Program-made: the position numbers and the translations under genes
In this document: positions 1 to 7,952 of the stretch, one piece after another
Layout: each line of letters starts with the position of its first letter
Position numbering within the stretch: the first letter of the stretch is position 1
Virus record (IMG/VR): IMGVR_UViG_3300042402_004854
Location: 1-64,000 of that record
Length of the DNA: 64,000 bases
Source of the DNA: a virus
Lineage: Duplodnaviria > Heunggongvirae > Uroviricota > Caudoviricetes
Reading direction: 5' to 3' (one strand)
Notes under the pieces: generated by a model
Seen by the model: only the letters and a program-made list of their open reading frames with translations
Told to the model about the DNA's origin: nothing
The model's database searches: none

Positions 1-159
1 TTTCCAATGATTAGAAATATGTGGAATCTTAGAGACCATGCACGATCCTATGGATACTTTGACACACTGGCGGAAGCACAAGCAGAAGCACAGCGTATTT
101 GGCCCGGTTGCGGATTCAAGACCCCGGAAGAATTTAGAGCAGAGGAGTGTGAAGTATGA
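1..159 (+). CDS. hypothetical small protein; frame is open from window edge, so the true start may lie upstream (internal ATG at 7)
   Basis: Frame open from position 1 to TGA at 157-159. The stop overlaps the ATG of the next ORF (ATGA), a typical phage translational coupling. Confidence 0.3.
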   Translation, partial: FPMIRNMWNLRDHARSYGYFDTLAEAQAEAQRIWPGCGFKTPEEFRAEECEV

Positions 160-374
160 ACGAACGAATTCGACAACTTTGGTCACAGGCTGGTGGTCAT
201 TATGATAGTGGCAATCAGCACACTTGGCCACAATATACGATTGACGATCCTAAAAAGTTCGCCGAGTTGATTGTGAAAGAATGTATGAATGTTTTAGATC
301 CAGGTGAGCATCAATTGATAGCACGGTTTCACGCAAGGAAATGGTTAGCAGAACATTTCGGAGTTGAAGAATGA
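156..374 (+). CDS. hypothetical phage protein (72 aa)
   Basis: ORF track; ATGA overlap with upstream and downstream ORFs. Confidence 0.5.
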   Translation: MNERIRQLWSQAGGHYDSGNQHTWPQYTIDDPKKFAELIVKECMNVLDPGEHQLIARFHARKWLAEHFGVEE

Positions 375-664
375 AAGCAGATTACAATTTACTGTGTCAA
401 ACCCGGACGTTGTACAATGAACCATATCATACGGTAAGACCAACTTTGGTATACAGGATGCAACACGGACCACGCATGATTGAGTGGGCTGAACAAGTAT
501 TTGGACCTGCAGGCCGAAGAGTTCGGGGCACTGTGGGTCAAACTGTAAAGGTTGAGCAACCTGGTCTACGATACTATGTGGATCCCACTGCATTTTGGTT
601 TAGAAACAGGCAGGATCGTGACGTTTTTGTTGAGCATTGGAGTCGGGAGTTGAATCATGTTTAA
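371..664 (+). CDS. hypothetical phage protein (97 aa)
   Basis: ORF track; start overlaps the previous stop (ATGA). Confidence 0.5.
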   Translation: MKADYNLLCQTRTLYNEPYHTVRPTLVYRMQHGPRMIEWAEQVFGPAGRRVRGTVGQTVKVEQPGLRYYVDPTAFWFRNRQDRDVFVEHWSRELNHV

Positions 665-833
665 AATCATATTGGCATTTTTGTTTGTGTTTTTTGTGTT
701 TTATTTTGGTATACAAGGCGTTAGATCAATGACTGGTCAAGACCAATTGGCATTGACTAAATTGCTGGTGTATAGTATAATGTGTGCATTGATGGCCGTA
801 GTGTCATTGATCATAATTGTTGTTTTATTTTAA
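657..833 (+). CDS. putative small membrane protein (58 aa, two hydrophobic segments); below the 60-aa cutoff of the ORF track
   Basis: ATG at 657 overlaps the stop of 371..664. Translates to MFKIILAFLFVFFVFYFGIQGVRSMTGQDQLALTKLLVYSIMCALMAVVSLIIIVVLF. Stop at 831-833, immediately before the AGGAG of the next gene. A promoter-like element lies inside it, so coding status is uncertain. Confidence 0.3.
   Translation: MFKIILAFLFVFFVFYFGIQGVRSMTGQDQLALTKLLVYSIMCALMAVVSLIIIVVLF
753..781 (+). promoter_or_regulatory. sigma70-like promoter: TTGACT - 17 nt - TATAAT
   Basis: TTGACT at 753-758, 17-nt spacer, TATAAT at 776-781. It lies about 60 nt upstream of the GTG start at 843, which is preceded by AGGAG at 833-837. 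Confidence 0.4.
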
Positions 834-842
834 GGAGATCCT

Positions 843-1637
843 GTGAAACGTTTTTTGACAATTTCTATTCTTGCTGTGGCAGTTCTTGCAACAGGTTGTA
901 CCCGTATTGAAACCGGTGAGGTGGGTGTGCGAATTGGCTTTGATCGCCAGATCAAACCTGGCGAGTTGTTGCCAGGCTCATTCAATCAAACCATGATTGG
1001 CGATGTGCTTACATTCCCCATCAAGGATGTGAACGTCACACTGGAGAACATGACTCCTGTGGCCAAAGACAATAGCACAATGAAAGACTTTGATGCTGTG
1101 GTTGTTTACAACATCAACCCGCAACAAGTGAGCGAATTGTATGCAACCAAGAACAAAAGTTTCCACGCTGAGTTTCGTGGTGACACTTATGTGATGTACA
1201 ACTACATTGTGCAAAATGCCAGAAATGCCATCTACAAGGCAGCTCGCAAGTACGAGGCTTTGGACATGGCAGACAATCGTACTGACATGGAAAACTTCAT
1301 CAAAGAGGAAATTGCTCGCAATCTTGGTGAAGAAAAACTGGATGGCTCAATCACTATTAGCCAGGTCATGATTCGTAATGTGTTGCCCAGTGACACAGTG
1401 GTCGAAAGTGCCAATGCCCTGGTACGTAGCAAAAACGAACTCAAGCAAAAGGAAGTTGAAGTCAAAACTGCCGAAGCAGAGAGTCGTAGAATGGCAGCAC
1501 TTGCCAACAATTCAGGTGCTAGTATTGCGTTCATGCAAGCACAGGCCATGTTGAATATCTCGGAAGGTATTAAGAACGGTCAAGTGCAGACCATTGTAGT
1601 GCCCAGCAACTTCAACGCATTGATGATGCCCAAGTAA
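843..1637 (+). CDS. SPFH/band-7 (prohibitin/HflK-like) domain lipoprotein
   Basis: GTG start with AGGAG 5 nt upstream. N-terminal signal with lipobox-like LATGC. The sequence GEVGVRIGFDRQIKPGELLPG...TFPIKDV...T.D..FDAVVVYNI fits the SPFH N-terminal pattern. Coiled-coil/Ala-rich C-terminus. Confidence 0.55.
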   Translation: MKRFLTISILAVAVLATGCTRIETGEVGVRIGFDRQIKPGELLPGSFNQTMIGDVLTFPIKDVNVTLENMTPVAKDNSTMKDFDAVVVYNINPQQVSELYATKNKSFHAEFRGDTYVMYNYIVQNARNAIYKAARKYEALDMADNRTDMENFIKEEIARNLGEEKLDGSITISQVMIRNVLPSDTVVESANALVRSKNELKQKEVEVKTAEAESRRMAALANNSGASIAFMQAQAMLNISEGIKNGQVQTIVVPSNFNALMMPK

Positions 1638-1638
1638 C

Positions 1639-1800
1639 ATGTGGGCGTTGATTATTGCACTGATGATGGACTCAACGCCCGCCGAGTTAAAGTTTACTCG
1701 GTTGGCTGAAGTCAAAACATATCAAGAATGTCGTGACCTTGCTAAGGTGTTGAAGGATCGTGGCTTGAATGCACACTTGTTTTGCGTGGAGCAACAATAA
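1639..1800 (+). CDS. hypothetical small protein (53 aa)
   Basis: ATG at 1639 two nt after the previous stop. The TAA at 1798-1800 is followed immediately by the ATG at 1801. Fills an otherwise uncharacteristic gap in a tightly packed block. Confidence 0.35.
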   Translation: MWALIIALMMDSTPAELKFTRLAEVKTYQECRDLAKVLKDRGLNAHLFCVEQQ

Positions 1801-2046
1801 ATGGGTAACCAGACTGAATACTTTGAACGTACGGGATACAAGCCCGAGTATTTCATAGGCGACAGGGTGTTTGGTCATTTCAATGGTATTCCTTTTGCGG
1901 GCACTGTAGGCAATGACACACTAATCAGTACTGCGGAAGGACCCAGGATCAGCATACACTTGGATTTGCCAATTCGATATGAAGGCATAGTGAAAACTAT
2001 GCTAATTGTCAAGCACAAAGATGTTCGACGCATGAAGGAGTTTTAA
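1801..2046 (+). CDS. hypothetical phage protein (81 aa)
   Basis: ORF track; tight spacing with neighbours. Confidence 0.5.
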   Translation: MGNQTEYFERTGYKPEYFIGDRVFGHFNGIPFAGTVGNDTLISTAEGPRISIHLDLPIRYEGIVKTMLIVKHKDVRRMKEF

Positions 2047-2274
2047 ATGGTATACAAAACTGTTTACACTGAAGTAGAAGTTGATGTAGATATTGAAGAT
2101 TTTGACACTGATGATCTCTTGGACGAACTTGAACGTCGTGGGGATTTGCCAGTGGAAGAGTCAGGCGCTGCCAAAAACATTGTGGAACAGATCTACTACC
2201 TGCGCAGACAAGGGCAATCATACGAGCATTTGATGGATTCATTGATGTATGCTGTCATGGGACGGGTGGTATGA
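2047..2274 (+). CDS. hypothetical acidic protein (75 aa)
   Basis: ORF track; begins at ATG after the upstream TAA; Asp/Glu-rich N-terminus. Confidence 0.5.
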   Translation: MVYKTVYTEVEVDVDIEDFDTDDLLDELERRGDLPVEESGAAKNIVEQIYYLRRQGQSYEHLMDSLMYAVMGRVV

Positions 2275-2399
2275 TTGAATTTGAATGGTTTGTGTACGGT
2301 GCTGTGACAGGACTTGTAGTGCCTTATGCATGGCCATTTATCCGCACTTGTATTGAAGAATTTCAAATAGCACGCCGAGACTGGAACAAGCGTGACTGA
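2271..2399 (+). CDS. hypothetical small hydrophobic protein (42 aa)
   Basis: ATGA overlap with the stop of 2047..2274. Translates to MIEFEWFVYGAVTGLVVPYAWPFIRTCIEEFQIARRDWNKRD. Ends in TGA at 2397-2399, overlapping the GTG start of the next ORF. Confidence 0.3.
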   Translation: MIEFEWFVYGAVTGLVVPYAWPFIRTCIEEFQIARRDWNKRD

Positions 2400-2601
2400 C
2401 ACAATTAAACAGGTACTGGATCGCATTCGTGGGCTAAAACAGTTTGTGGTGCGAGTGCCTGTTCCTGAAGAATTCCGCTTCACAGGTGCTGTGCCTTTTG
2501 ATCTGGAGATTGTGGGATCAATTGCCATGGTCACAGTGTGGGCCGCTGATCAAGCGGAAGCACAGCAACGTGCTGAGCAGTTCTTCCAAAATACTCCATA
2601 A
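2392..2601 (+). CDS. hypothetical protein (69 aa, GTG start)
   Basis: ORF track (GTG initiator at 2392). Confidence 0.45.
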   Translation: MTDTIKQVLDRIRGLKQFVVRVPVPEEFRFTGAVPFDLEIVGSIAMVTVWAADQAEAQQRAEQFFQNTP

Positions 2602-2638
2602 AATATTACACCAGCAAATCTCTGCCTTAAATATTTGC

Positions 2639-2860
2639 ATGGAACAAACAACTTTATCTGTAGCTGATTTAATCAGCCTACGCAACCTAATAGATGCTGC
2701 TTGCAGTCGTGGAGCTTTCAAAGCTGGTGAAATGACCTCAATTGGTGAGCTGTACAACAGACTTAACACATTTGTCGAACATGCTCAGCTACAAATAGAT
2801 CCACAGTCGCAGTCTGATCAAGATCAGACAAACCAAACACAAGGAGAACAAAATGCTTAA
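2639..2860 (+). CDS. hypothetical protein (73 aa); trimmed from track ORF 2444..2860
   Basis: The first 65 codons of the track ORF overlap 2392..2601 in another frame and read as low-complexity. The internal ATG at 2639 gives MEQTTLSVADLISLRNL..., ending with a TAA that overlaps the ATG of 2853. Confidence 0.4.
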   Translation: MEQTTLSVADLISLRNLIDAACSRGAFKAGEMTSIGELYNRLNTFVEHAQLQIDPQSQSDQDQTNQTQGEQNA

Positions 2861-3578
2861 ACATGTAGGACGACATGGTGACCGCAAGGTTGCAATCATA
2901 TTTAGAGAAATACCTGGCGAAGATCACATGTGTCTTGTCATCTACCCGGAAACATTACCAACACATTTTCACGACAGCATCATGCGAGTGATTGAAAGTG
3001 CACCAGGACAGCAAGAAAACACTCTGGCCAATGCTTTACATCGCAATTTATTGCCAGATGGCCGTGTGATTCTTGAAGCTCTTCACAAAGAAGGCATGCT
3101 TAAGAAGATTCCAACCAACCAAGTTATTGTTACTCCAACTTCAACTAGCTCGGTCAAACTTGACGAACTTAATCGTATTGTCAAGGAAATGGAATCAGGC
3201 GATGAAGCACGTAAGAAGATGCAACAAATTGACCAAAGTGCAGGGTTGGTTGATCCTGCAGTCAAACGCGAAAACGAACGTGAATTCAAACGTCAACAAT
3301 TAGAGCGTGAAGCGGCTGCACGTGCCAGGGGTGAGATCCCACAACCAACACAAACTACTGCATTGGATGACCGTGCATTGGCTGGCAATATGTTGACGCA
3401 AGCCCAGCGCATGGAATCCGAAGCGCAAGGACTTCTTGCAGAAGCAGCTCGTATGAAAAAAGATGCCGAGCGTATGTTTCCAGGAGTAATTGCTACTACA
3501 CCTGCCACAGAACCACAATTAAAAAAACGTGGGCGCATGGGTAAGAACAAAGTAGTGGCCACAGATGCAGTTCAGTAA
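2853..3578 (+). CDS. hypothetical protein with charged coiled-coil C-terminal half (241 aa)
   Basis: ORF track; long uninterrupted frame; Glu/Arg/Lys/Ala-rich helical region. Confidence 0.6.
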   Translation: MLKHVGRHGDRKVAIIFREIPGEDHMCLVIYPETLPTHFHDSIMRVIESAPGQQENTLANALHRNLLPDGRVILEALHKEGMLKKIPTNQVIVTPTSTSSVKLDELNRIVKEMESGDEARKKMQQIDQSAGLVDPAVKRENEREFKRQQLEREAAARARGEIPQPTQTTALDDRALAGNMLTQAQRMESEAQGLLAEAARMKKDAERMFPGVIATTPATEPQLKKRGRMGKNKVVATDAVQ

Positions 3579-3870
3579 TGAGTTCCTTGCTCGATGGGAA
3601 CACATTATTGATGACGTTGACATAACTGAAGTTCCTCTTGAGTGCATTAAAAAAATCATTATCAAATTAGGTAATAAAAAACAACGCACTATTAATCTTG
3701 CTATTTTGCGCAAACAAGGGTTGACCAGTGACGAGATTGAATATGTAATGAATAGAATTCTTGTTGGGTATGGTGACGAGGTCAATAATGTTGATTTTAT
3801 CGTTGATGTGGCGTTGGTTGCCACTATTGTACAACCCGAAACAGATAAACTACTTGATAAACTAAAATGA
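3565..3870 (+). CDS. hypothetical protein (101 aa)
   Basis: ORF track; overlapping start and stop with neighbours. Confidence 0.55.
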   Translation: MQFSNEFLARWEHIIDDVDITEVPLECIKKIIIKLGNKKQRTINLAILRKQGLTSDEIEYVMNRILVGYGDEVNNVDFIVDVALVATIVQPETDKLLDKLK

Positions 3871-4547
3871 ATGTTCGCTTACTCAGCTACAGTCAACCTA
3901 CCGAGGAATTTGCAAGCCAAGGCATTGCGGATGCACAAGAACTCATTGCGTACTGCGCCCGTGTCAGCAATCCCTCCAACCAATTCAACACAGACACTAG
4001 CGAAAAACTCATCCGGTATCTTGTTCGACACCAGCACTGGAGTCCCCTTGAAATGGTCAGTGCTTGCATGGAAATTACGACAACAAGAGATATTGCGCGG
4101 CAAATCCTCCGCCACAGAAGTTTCAGCTTCCAAGAGTTTTCGCAACGTTATGCTGACCCAACAAAGGATCTTGAATTCGTACTCAGAGAAGCCCGACTGC
4201 AAGACACCAAGAACAGACAAAACAGCATAGAAGTTGTGGCAGACAATCCTGAAGCACGTAGACTTGTACAAGACTGGGAACGTGCGCAGACCAGAGTCAA
4301 ACTTGCTGCCATTGAAGCCTACAACTGGGCCATAGAAAATGGTATTGCCAAGGAACAAGCTCGAGCTGTGTTGCCCGAAGGCATGATGAGCAGTCGCTTG
4401 TACATGAATGGCACATTGAGATCATGGATTCACTTTATTGAATTGCGCAGTGCAAATGGCACACAGAAAGAGCATCAGGAAGTTGCCAGAGCCTGTGCAG
4501 AAGCCATTGCAGCAATTTTCCCAATGGCATCGACACTAGCAGAGTAA
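3867..4547 (+). CDS. thyX: flavin-dependent thymidylate synthase
   Basis: Contains the ThyX signature RHRSFSFQEFSQRY (RHRxxSxxxxSxRY). Length of 226 aa is typical. ATGA overlap with the upstream gene. Confidence 0.9.
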   Translation: MNVRLLSYSQPTEEFASQGIADAQELIAYCARVSNPSNQFNTDTSEKLIRYLVRHQHWSPLEMVSACMEITTTRDIARQILRHRSFSFQEFSQRYADPTKDLEFVLREARLQDTKNRQNSIEVVADNPEARRLVQDWERAQTRVKLAAIEAYNWAIENGIAKEQARAVLPEGMMSSRLYMNGTLRSWIHFIELRSANGTQKEHQEVARACAEAIAAIFPMASTLAE

Positions 4548-4563
4548 TCTGCTACAATGTTGC

Positions 4564-4887
4564 ATGTCAACAACACGCGACCAATACCCCGAATATCAAC
4601 ACCGGCAGGCTGAAGAATACAAAATCATCAACGACCATGTAGTACGGTTTAGTGACATCTGTGTGCATGAGTTCGCCATGGGCGATGTAGAAGATCCAGA
4701 CTTGTATGCAGCCGGACCTATATTAGATTGGCAAAAAAGTCCAGCAGGCGAATTTGTAATGGCTCATGCCGTGGGGCAACCTTACTGGCTTTGTCAGGCA
4801 GATTACAGCAGTTACGGCTATCGGTATCGAATCATAGCCCGACTCAGCGAACAAAATCAAACATTTTTTAGGTTGAAATTTCAATGA
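4564..4887 (+). CDS. hypothetical protein (107 aa)
   Basis: ORF track; stop overlaps the start of the epimerase gene. Confidence 0.55.
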   Translation: MSTTRDQYPEYQHRQAEEYKIINDHVVRFSDICVHEFAMGDVEDPDLYAAGPILDWQKSPAGEFVMAHAVGQPYWLCQADYSSYGYRYRIIARLSEQNQTFFRLKFQ

Positions 4888-5852
4888 CATTTTTAGTAAC
4901 AGGCGGCCTAGGCCTTATTGGGCACAACATTGTGCAACGACTACAAGCACGTGAAGAACGGGTTGTGGTAGTGGATACCAAGACCACGTATGGTATTATC
5001 CCACAAGCAGAAATAGACTACTTGATGGCAGAACGTGAAAAAAAGATTGCACCAGACACACCAATCTATCTTTACGACATCACCGATGAGTCAGACATGG
5101 ATTTGCTTATAGGTGAACACCGGCCCCGGGTAATTGTCCACTGTGCAAGTTTTCCCCGACAAAAAGTTGTCAATGCCAACCCTGCGCTGGGTGCAGATGT
5201 CATGATGCGTGGCTTGATCAACTTGCTTGAGAGTGCCAAAAAGTATAAAGTTGAGAGGTTTGTGTACATCAGCAGCAGCATGGTGTACGGAGACTTTGAA
5301 GATGACGTGTTGGAAGATGATGAATGCCGTCCGCAAGGACAGTATGGAATAATGAAACTGTGTGGAGAAGACCTTGTTAAAGATTATAGCCGCCGTTGTG
5401 GTTTTGAGTATGTTATTATCCGCCCCAGTGCTGTATATGGCCCGCTGGACGTCGAAGACCGAGTCGTTGCCAAATTCATGCTCACAGCAATGCGCGGCGG
5501 AGTGCTCCGAGTTAATGGAGCGAACGAAACACTAGACTTTACCTATGTGGATGATGCCGCTGATGGCATTGTTGCTGCCGCAACACGTATCATGTGTCGC
5601 AACATGACATTCAACATTACCAAATCACACAGTGTGAGTCTGCTGGAAGCCGCAGAAATGATTGTGAAGATTGTAGGCAAAGGCACCATCGAAGTGCGTG
5701 ACAAGGATGCAGACTTTCCCAGTCGCGGTGCATTAAATATTGACCGGGCTAGAACCATCTTGGGTTATGACCCCAAAGTAGACGTTGAAGAAGGATTTCA
5801 AAAGTATTATGAGTGGTTAAGTCGATCCACATATTGGAATAAGAATGATTAA
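4884..5852 (+). CDS. NAD-dependent sugar epimerase/dehydratase (extended SDR)
   Basis: N-terminal VTGGLGLIGHNIV (GxxGxxG Rossmann motif). Catalytic YGIMK (YxxxK). 322 aa. Confidence 0.8.
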   Translation: MTFLVTGGLGLIGHNIVQRLQAREERVVVVDTKTTYGIIPQAEIDYLMAEREKKIAPDTPIYLYDITDESDMDLLIGEHRPRVIVHCASFPRQKVVNANPALGADVMMRGLINLLESAKKYKVERFVYISSSMVYGDFEDDVLEDDECRPQGQYGIMKLCGEDLVKDYSRRCGFEYVIIRPSAVYGPLDVEDRVVAKFMLTAMRGGVLRVNGANETLDFTYVDDAADGIVAAATRIMCRNMTFNITKSHSVSLLEAAEMIVKIVGKGTIEVRDKDADFPSRGALNIDRARTILGYDPKVDVEEGFQKYYEWLSRSTYWNKND

Positions 5853-6864
5853 TTCAAATTTTGGATTTACTCCGTTAAAAGAAGTATGGTTGGGAGATTG
5901 TTATCCAGAATTTTTTTACGATCATTTGCCAAACGAAATAGCAGACCCATTTCGGCAAATAACTGAATGGACCAAACAAGATACTAGCAAATTACAAAAA
6001 TTTTTAGAAAGTCGTGGAATAGTTGTTAGACGTCCGGTGTTTTCCTCAATTGATGATTACATCAATCAAAATGATATCTTAGTCAAGCCACCTATATGTC
6101 CAAGAGATCATTATCTTGTTTTAGATAAAACACTTTATAGTTTACACAACAACCTCAAAATAGATCCCTGGGACCACTGGTTAAAACATTATAAATCACA
6201 AGGGTTTGATGTACAGTCTCCTATGAATTTACCTATCAATTGTTTATGTCCTCCTGCGCTGGTTCGTGTTGGGAAGGACTTATATTTAGATCATGACAGT
6301 CATCCTCAGGTGTGGGGATTTATATGTCAGTGGATGGTTGAAGTATCGAAAAAGTACAGAGTCAATGTCTGTTCAACTTCAGGACACAGTGATGGAGTAT
6401 TTTGTCCTGTTGCACCCGGAATAGTCGTTTCAAGTCATTATAAAAATAATTACACTCAAAGTTTCCCCAATTGGGAAGTGTTTGGTATACCTAGTCAGTT
6501 AAATAATTTCAAGCACCTGAAGGATTGGTGGGTCAAGGATCAAGAAATCAACAACAATCAAACATTTAGTCGGCACATACAAACCCAAGCCGCAAATTGG
6601 ATTGGTAATTTTAAAGAGACAGTATACGAAGTCAACATGCTTGTACTTGATGAAAAAAATGTAGTAGCCATGAAAGACTATCCGCCACTGACACAATGGT
6701 TATACGATCGTGGTATTACTGTACACTTTTTTGATTTAAGGACTAGAAGTTTTTGGGACGGCGGATGGCATTGTTTTACATTGGATATTTGTAGAGAAGA
6801 TTCTCAAACAACTGATTTATTTCCAGAACGTGGCGAAAACGGGGTGTATTGGCGACTCAAATGA
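5845..6864 (+). CDS. amidinotransferase-family protein (glycine/scyllo-inosamine amidinotransferase-like)
   Basis: The C-terminus FWDGGWHCFTLDICRED matches the AGAT/StrB1 catalytic-Cys motif GGGFHCWTCDVRRRG. Paralogous to 12379..13419. Confidence 0.7.
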   Translation: MINSNFGFTPLKEVWLGDCYPEFFYDHLPNEIADPFRQITEWTKQDTSKLQKFLESRGIVVRRPVFSSIDDYINQNDILVKPPICPRDHYLVLDKTLYSLHNNLKIDPWDHWLKHYKSQGFDVQSPMNLPINCLCPPALVRVGKDLYLDHDSHPQVWGFICQWMVEVSKKYRVNVCSTSGHSDGVFCPVAPGIVVSSHYKNNYTQSFPNWEVFGIPSQLNNFKHLKDWWVKDQEINNNQTFSRHIQTQAANWIGNFKETVYEVNMLVLDEKNVVAMKDYPPLTQWLYDRGITVHFFDLRTRSFWDGGWHCFTLDICREDSQTTDLFPERGENGVYWRLK

Positions 6865-7952
6865 CAACTACCGGTCTTACTATCCCGTTTACTGGAATAC
6901 GAAAACAGTATAACAATCTCCGCACTGAGATCTTAGACGTCACAGACACAGTGTTGCGTTCGGGACAACTCATGAACGGCAACTATACCTATGAGTTTGA
7001 GGATTGGTTGGCCAGGCGCAACCGTCAGCCCTATGCTGTGACCTGTCACTCAGGCACCCAAGCACTAGAAATCATTGCTGAGTGGATGTTGTTACAAGCA
7101 GGTCGTCCTGATACGCCCACAGTAGCAGTACCCACGCTGACTTATCCTGCCACACTGAACGCATTTGTACGAGCAGGCTGGAACTTGCACATTGTGGACA
7201 CTGACCGATATGGTGTCATGGACATGACCAAACTTAAACACAGCACAGATATCCAGGCCATTTGTGCTGTGGGTCTGTATGGGCAAGCACTCAACGAAAT
7301 GAAACAAAGTGTGTGGTCCTTGACTCACCCCATCATAGAAGATGGCGCACAACACTGGCTCAGCAACAAATGTCAACGTGTAGGCGATTGTGCTATTAGT
7401 TTTGATCCCACCAAAAATCTAGCCAACTATGGCAATGGTGGTGCCATAATCACTGCCAGTCGCAACTTGATGGAGTTTGCTAGAAACTGGGTCAGCAATG
7501 GCAAACGCACCAACCATGCCGAGCCCGGAACCAACAGTAGAATGAGTGAAACGGATTGTGCGCAGATGTTGGTGAAAACACGCTACATTGATCAGTGGCA
7601 ACAACGCAGACGCACCATTGCTTATCACTGGATAGAAATGTTAAAAAAACATCCAGACGTCACTTGTCTAATTGATGATTCAAATCTTGAAACTCATTGC
7701 TTTCACAAGTTTGTGATCAACGTAGACAATCGAGACATTGTGCAAAGGAACATGTCTTTACGCAAGATTGAAACCCGAGTACATTATGCAACACCCATGC
7801 ATGAGTTGCCAGCATATCAACACTATCCTGCGCCTGACTTGCTCAGTGCCGGTAGTAGTTTAGCACGTAGATGTCTTTCACTTCCTATCTATCCTGAACT
7901 GTCAGACCTGGAAGTTGAATATGTTATTGACTCGTTGTTAGACTGCGTTTGA
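6849..7952 (+). CDS. DegT/DnrJ/EryC1-family PLP-dependent sugar aminotransferase
   Basis: N-terminal YEFEDWLARRNRQPYAVTCHSGTQALEI pattern. SFDPTKNL aligns with the SFHxxK PLP-lysine motif. 367 aa (TTG start at 6849 or ATG at 6861). Confidence 0.75.
   Translation: MATQMTTTGLTIPFTGIRKQYNNLRTEILDVTDTVLRSGQLMNGNYTYEFEDWLARRNRQPYAVTCHSGTQALEIIAEWMLLQAGRPDTPTVAVPTLTYPATLNAFVRAGWNLHIVDTDRYGVMDMTKLKHSTDIQAICAVGLYGQALNEMKQSVWSLTHPIIEDGAQHWLSNKCQRVGDCAISFDPTKNLANYGNGGAIITASRNLMEFARNWVSNGKRTNHAEPGTNSRMSETDCAQMLVKTRYIDQWQQRRRTIAYHWIEMLKKHPDVTCLIDDSNLETHCFHKFVINVDNRDIVQRNMSLRKIETRVHYATPMHELPAYQHYPAPDLLSAGSSLARRCLSLPIYPELSDLEVEYVIDSLLDCV

Noticed and set aside
2444-2638. N-terminal 65 codons of track ORF 2444..2860
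   Set aside because: They overlap 2392..2601 in another frame and read as low-complexity (MWCECLFLKNSASQVLCLLIWRL...). The internal ATG at 2639 is used instead.
4530-4558. TCGACA - 17 nt - TACAAT promoter-like match at the end of thyX
   Set aside because: It would place the transcription start on the ATG of 4564 with no room for a 5'UTR or RBS. It lies inside a coding region and is probably chance, though a leaderless transcript cannot be excluded.
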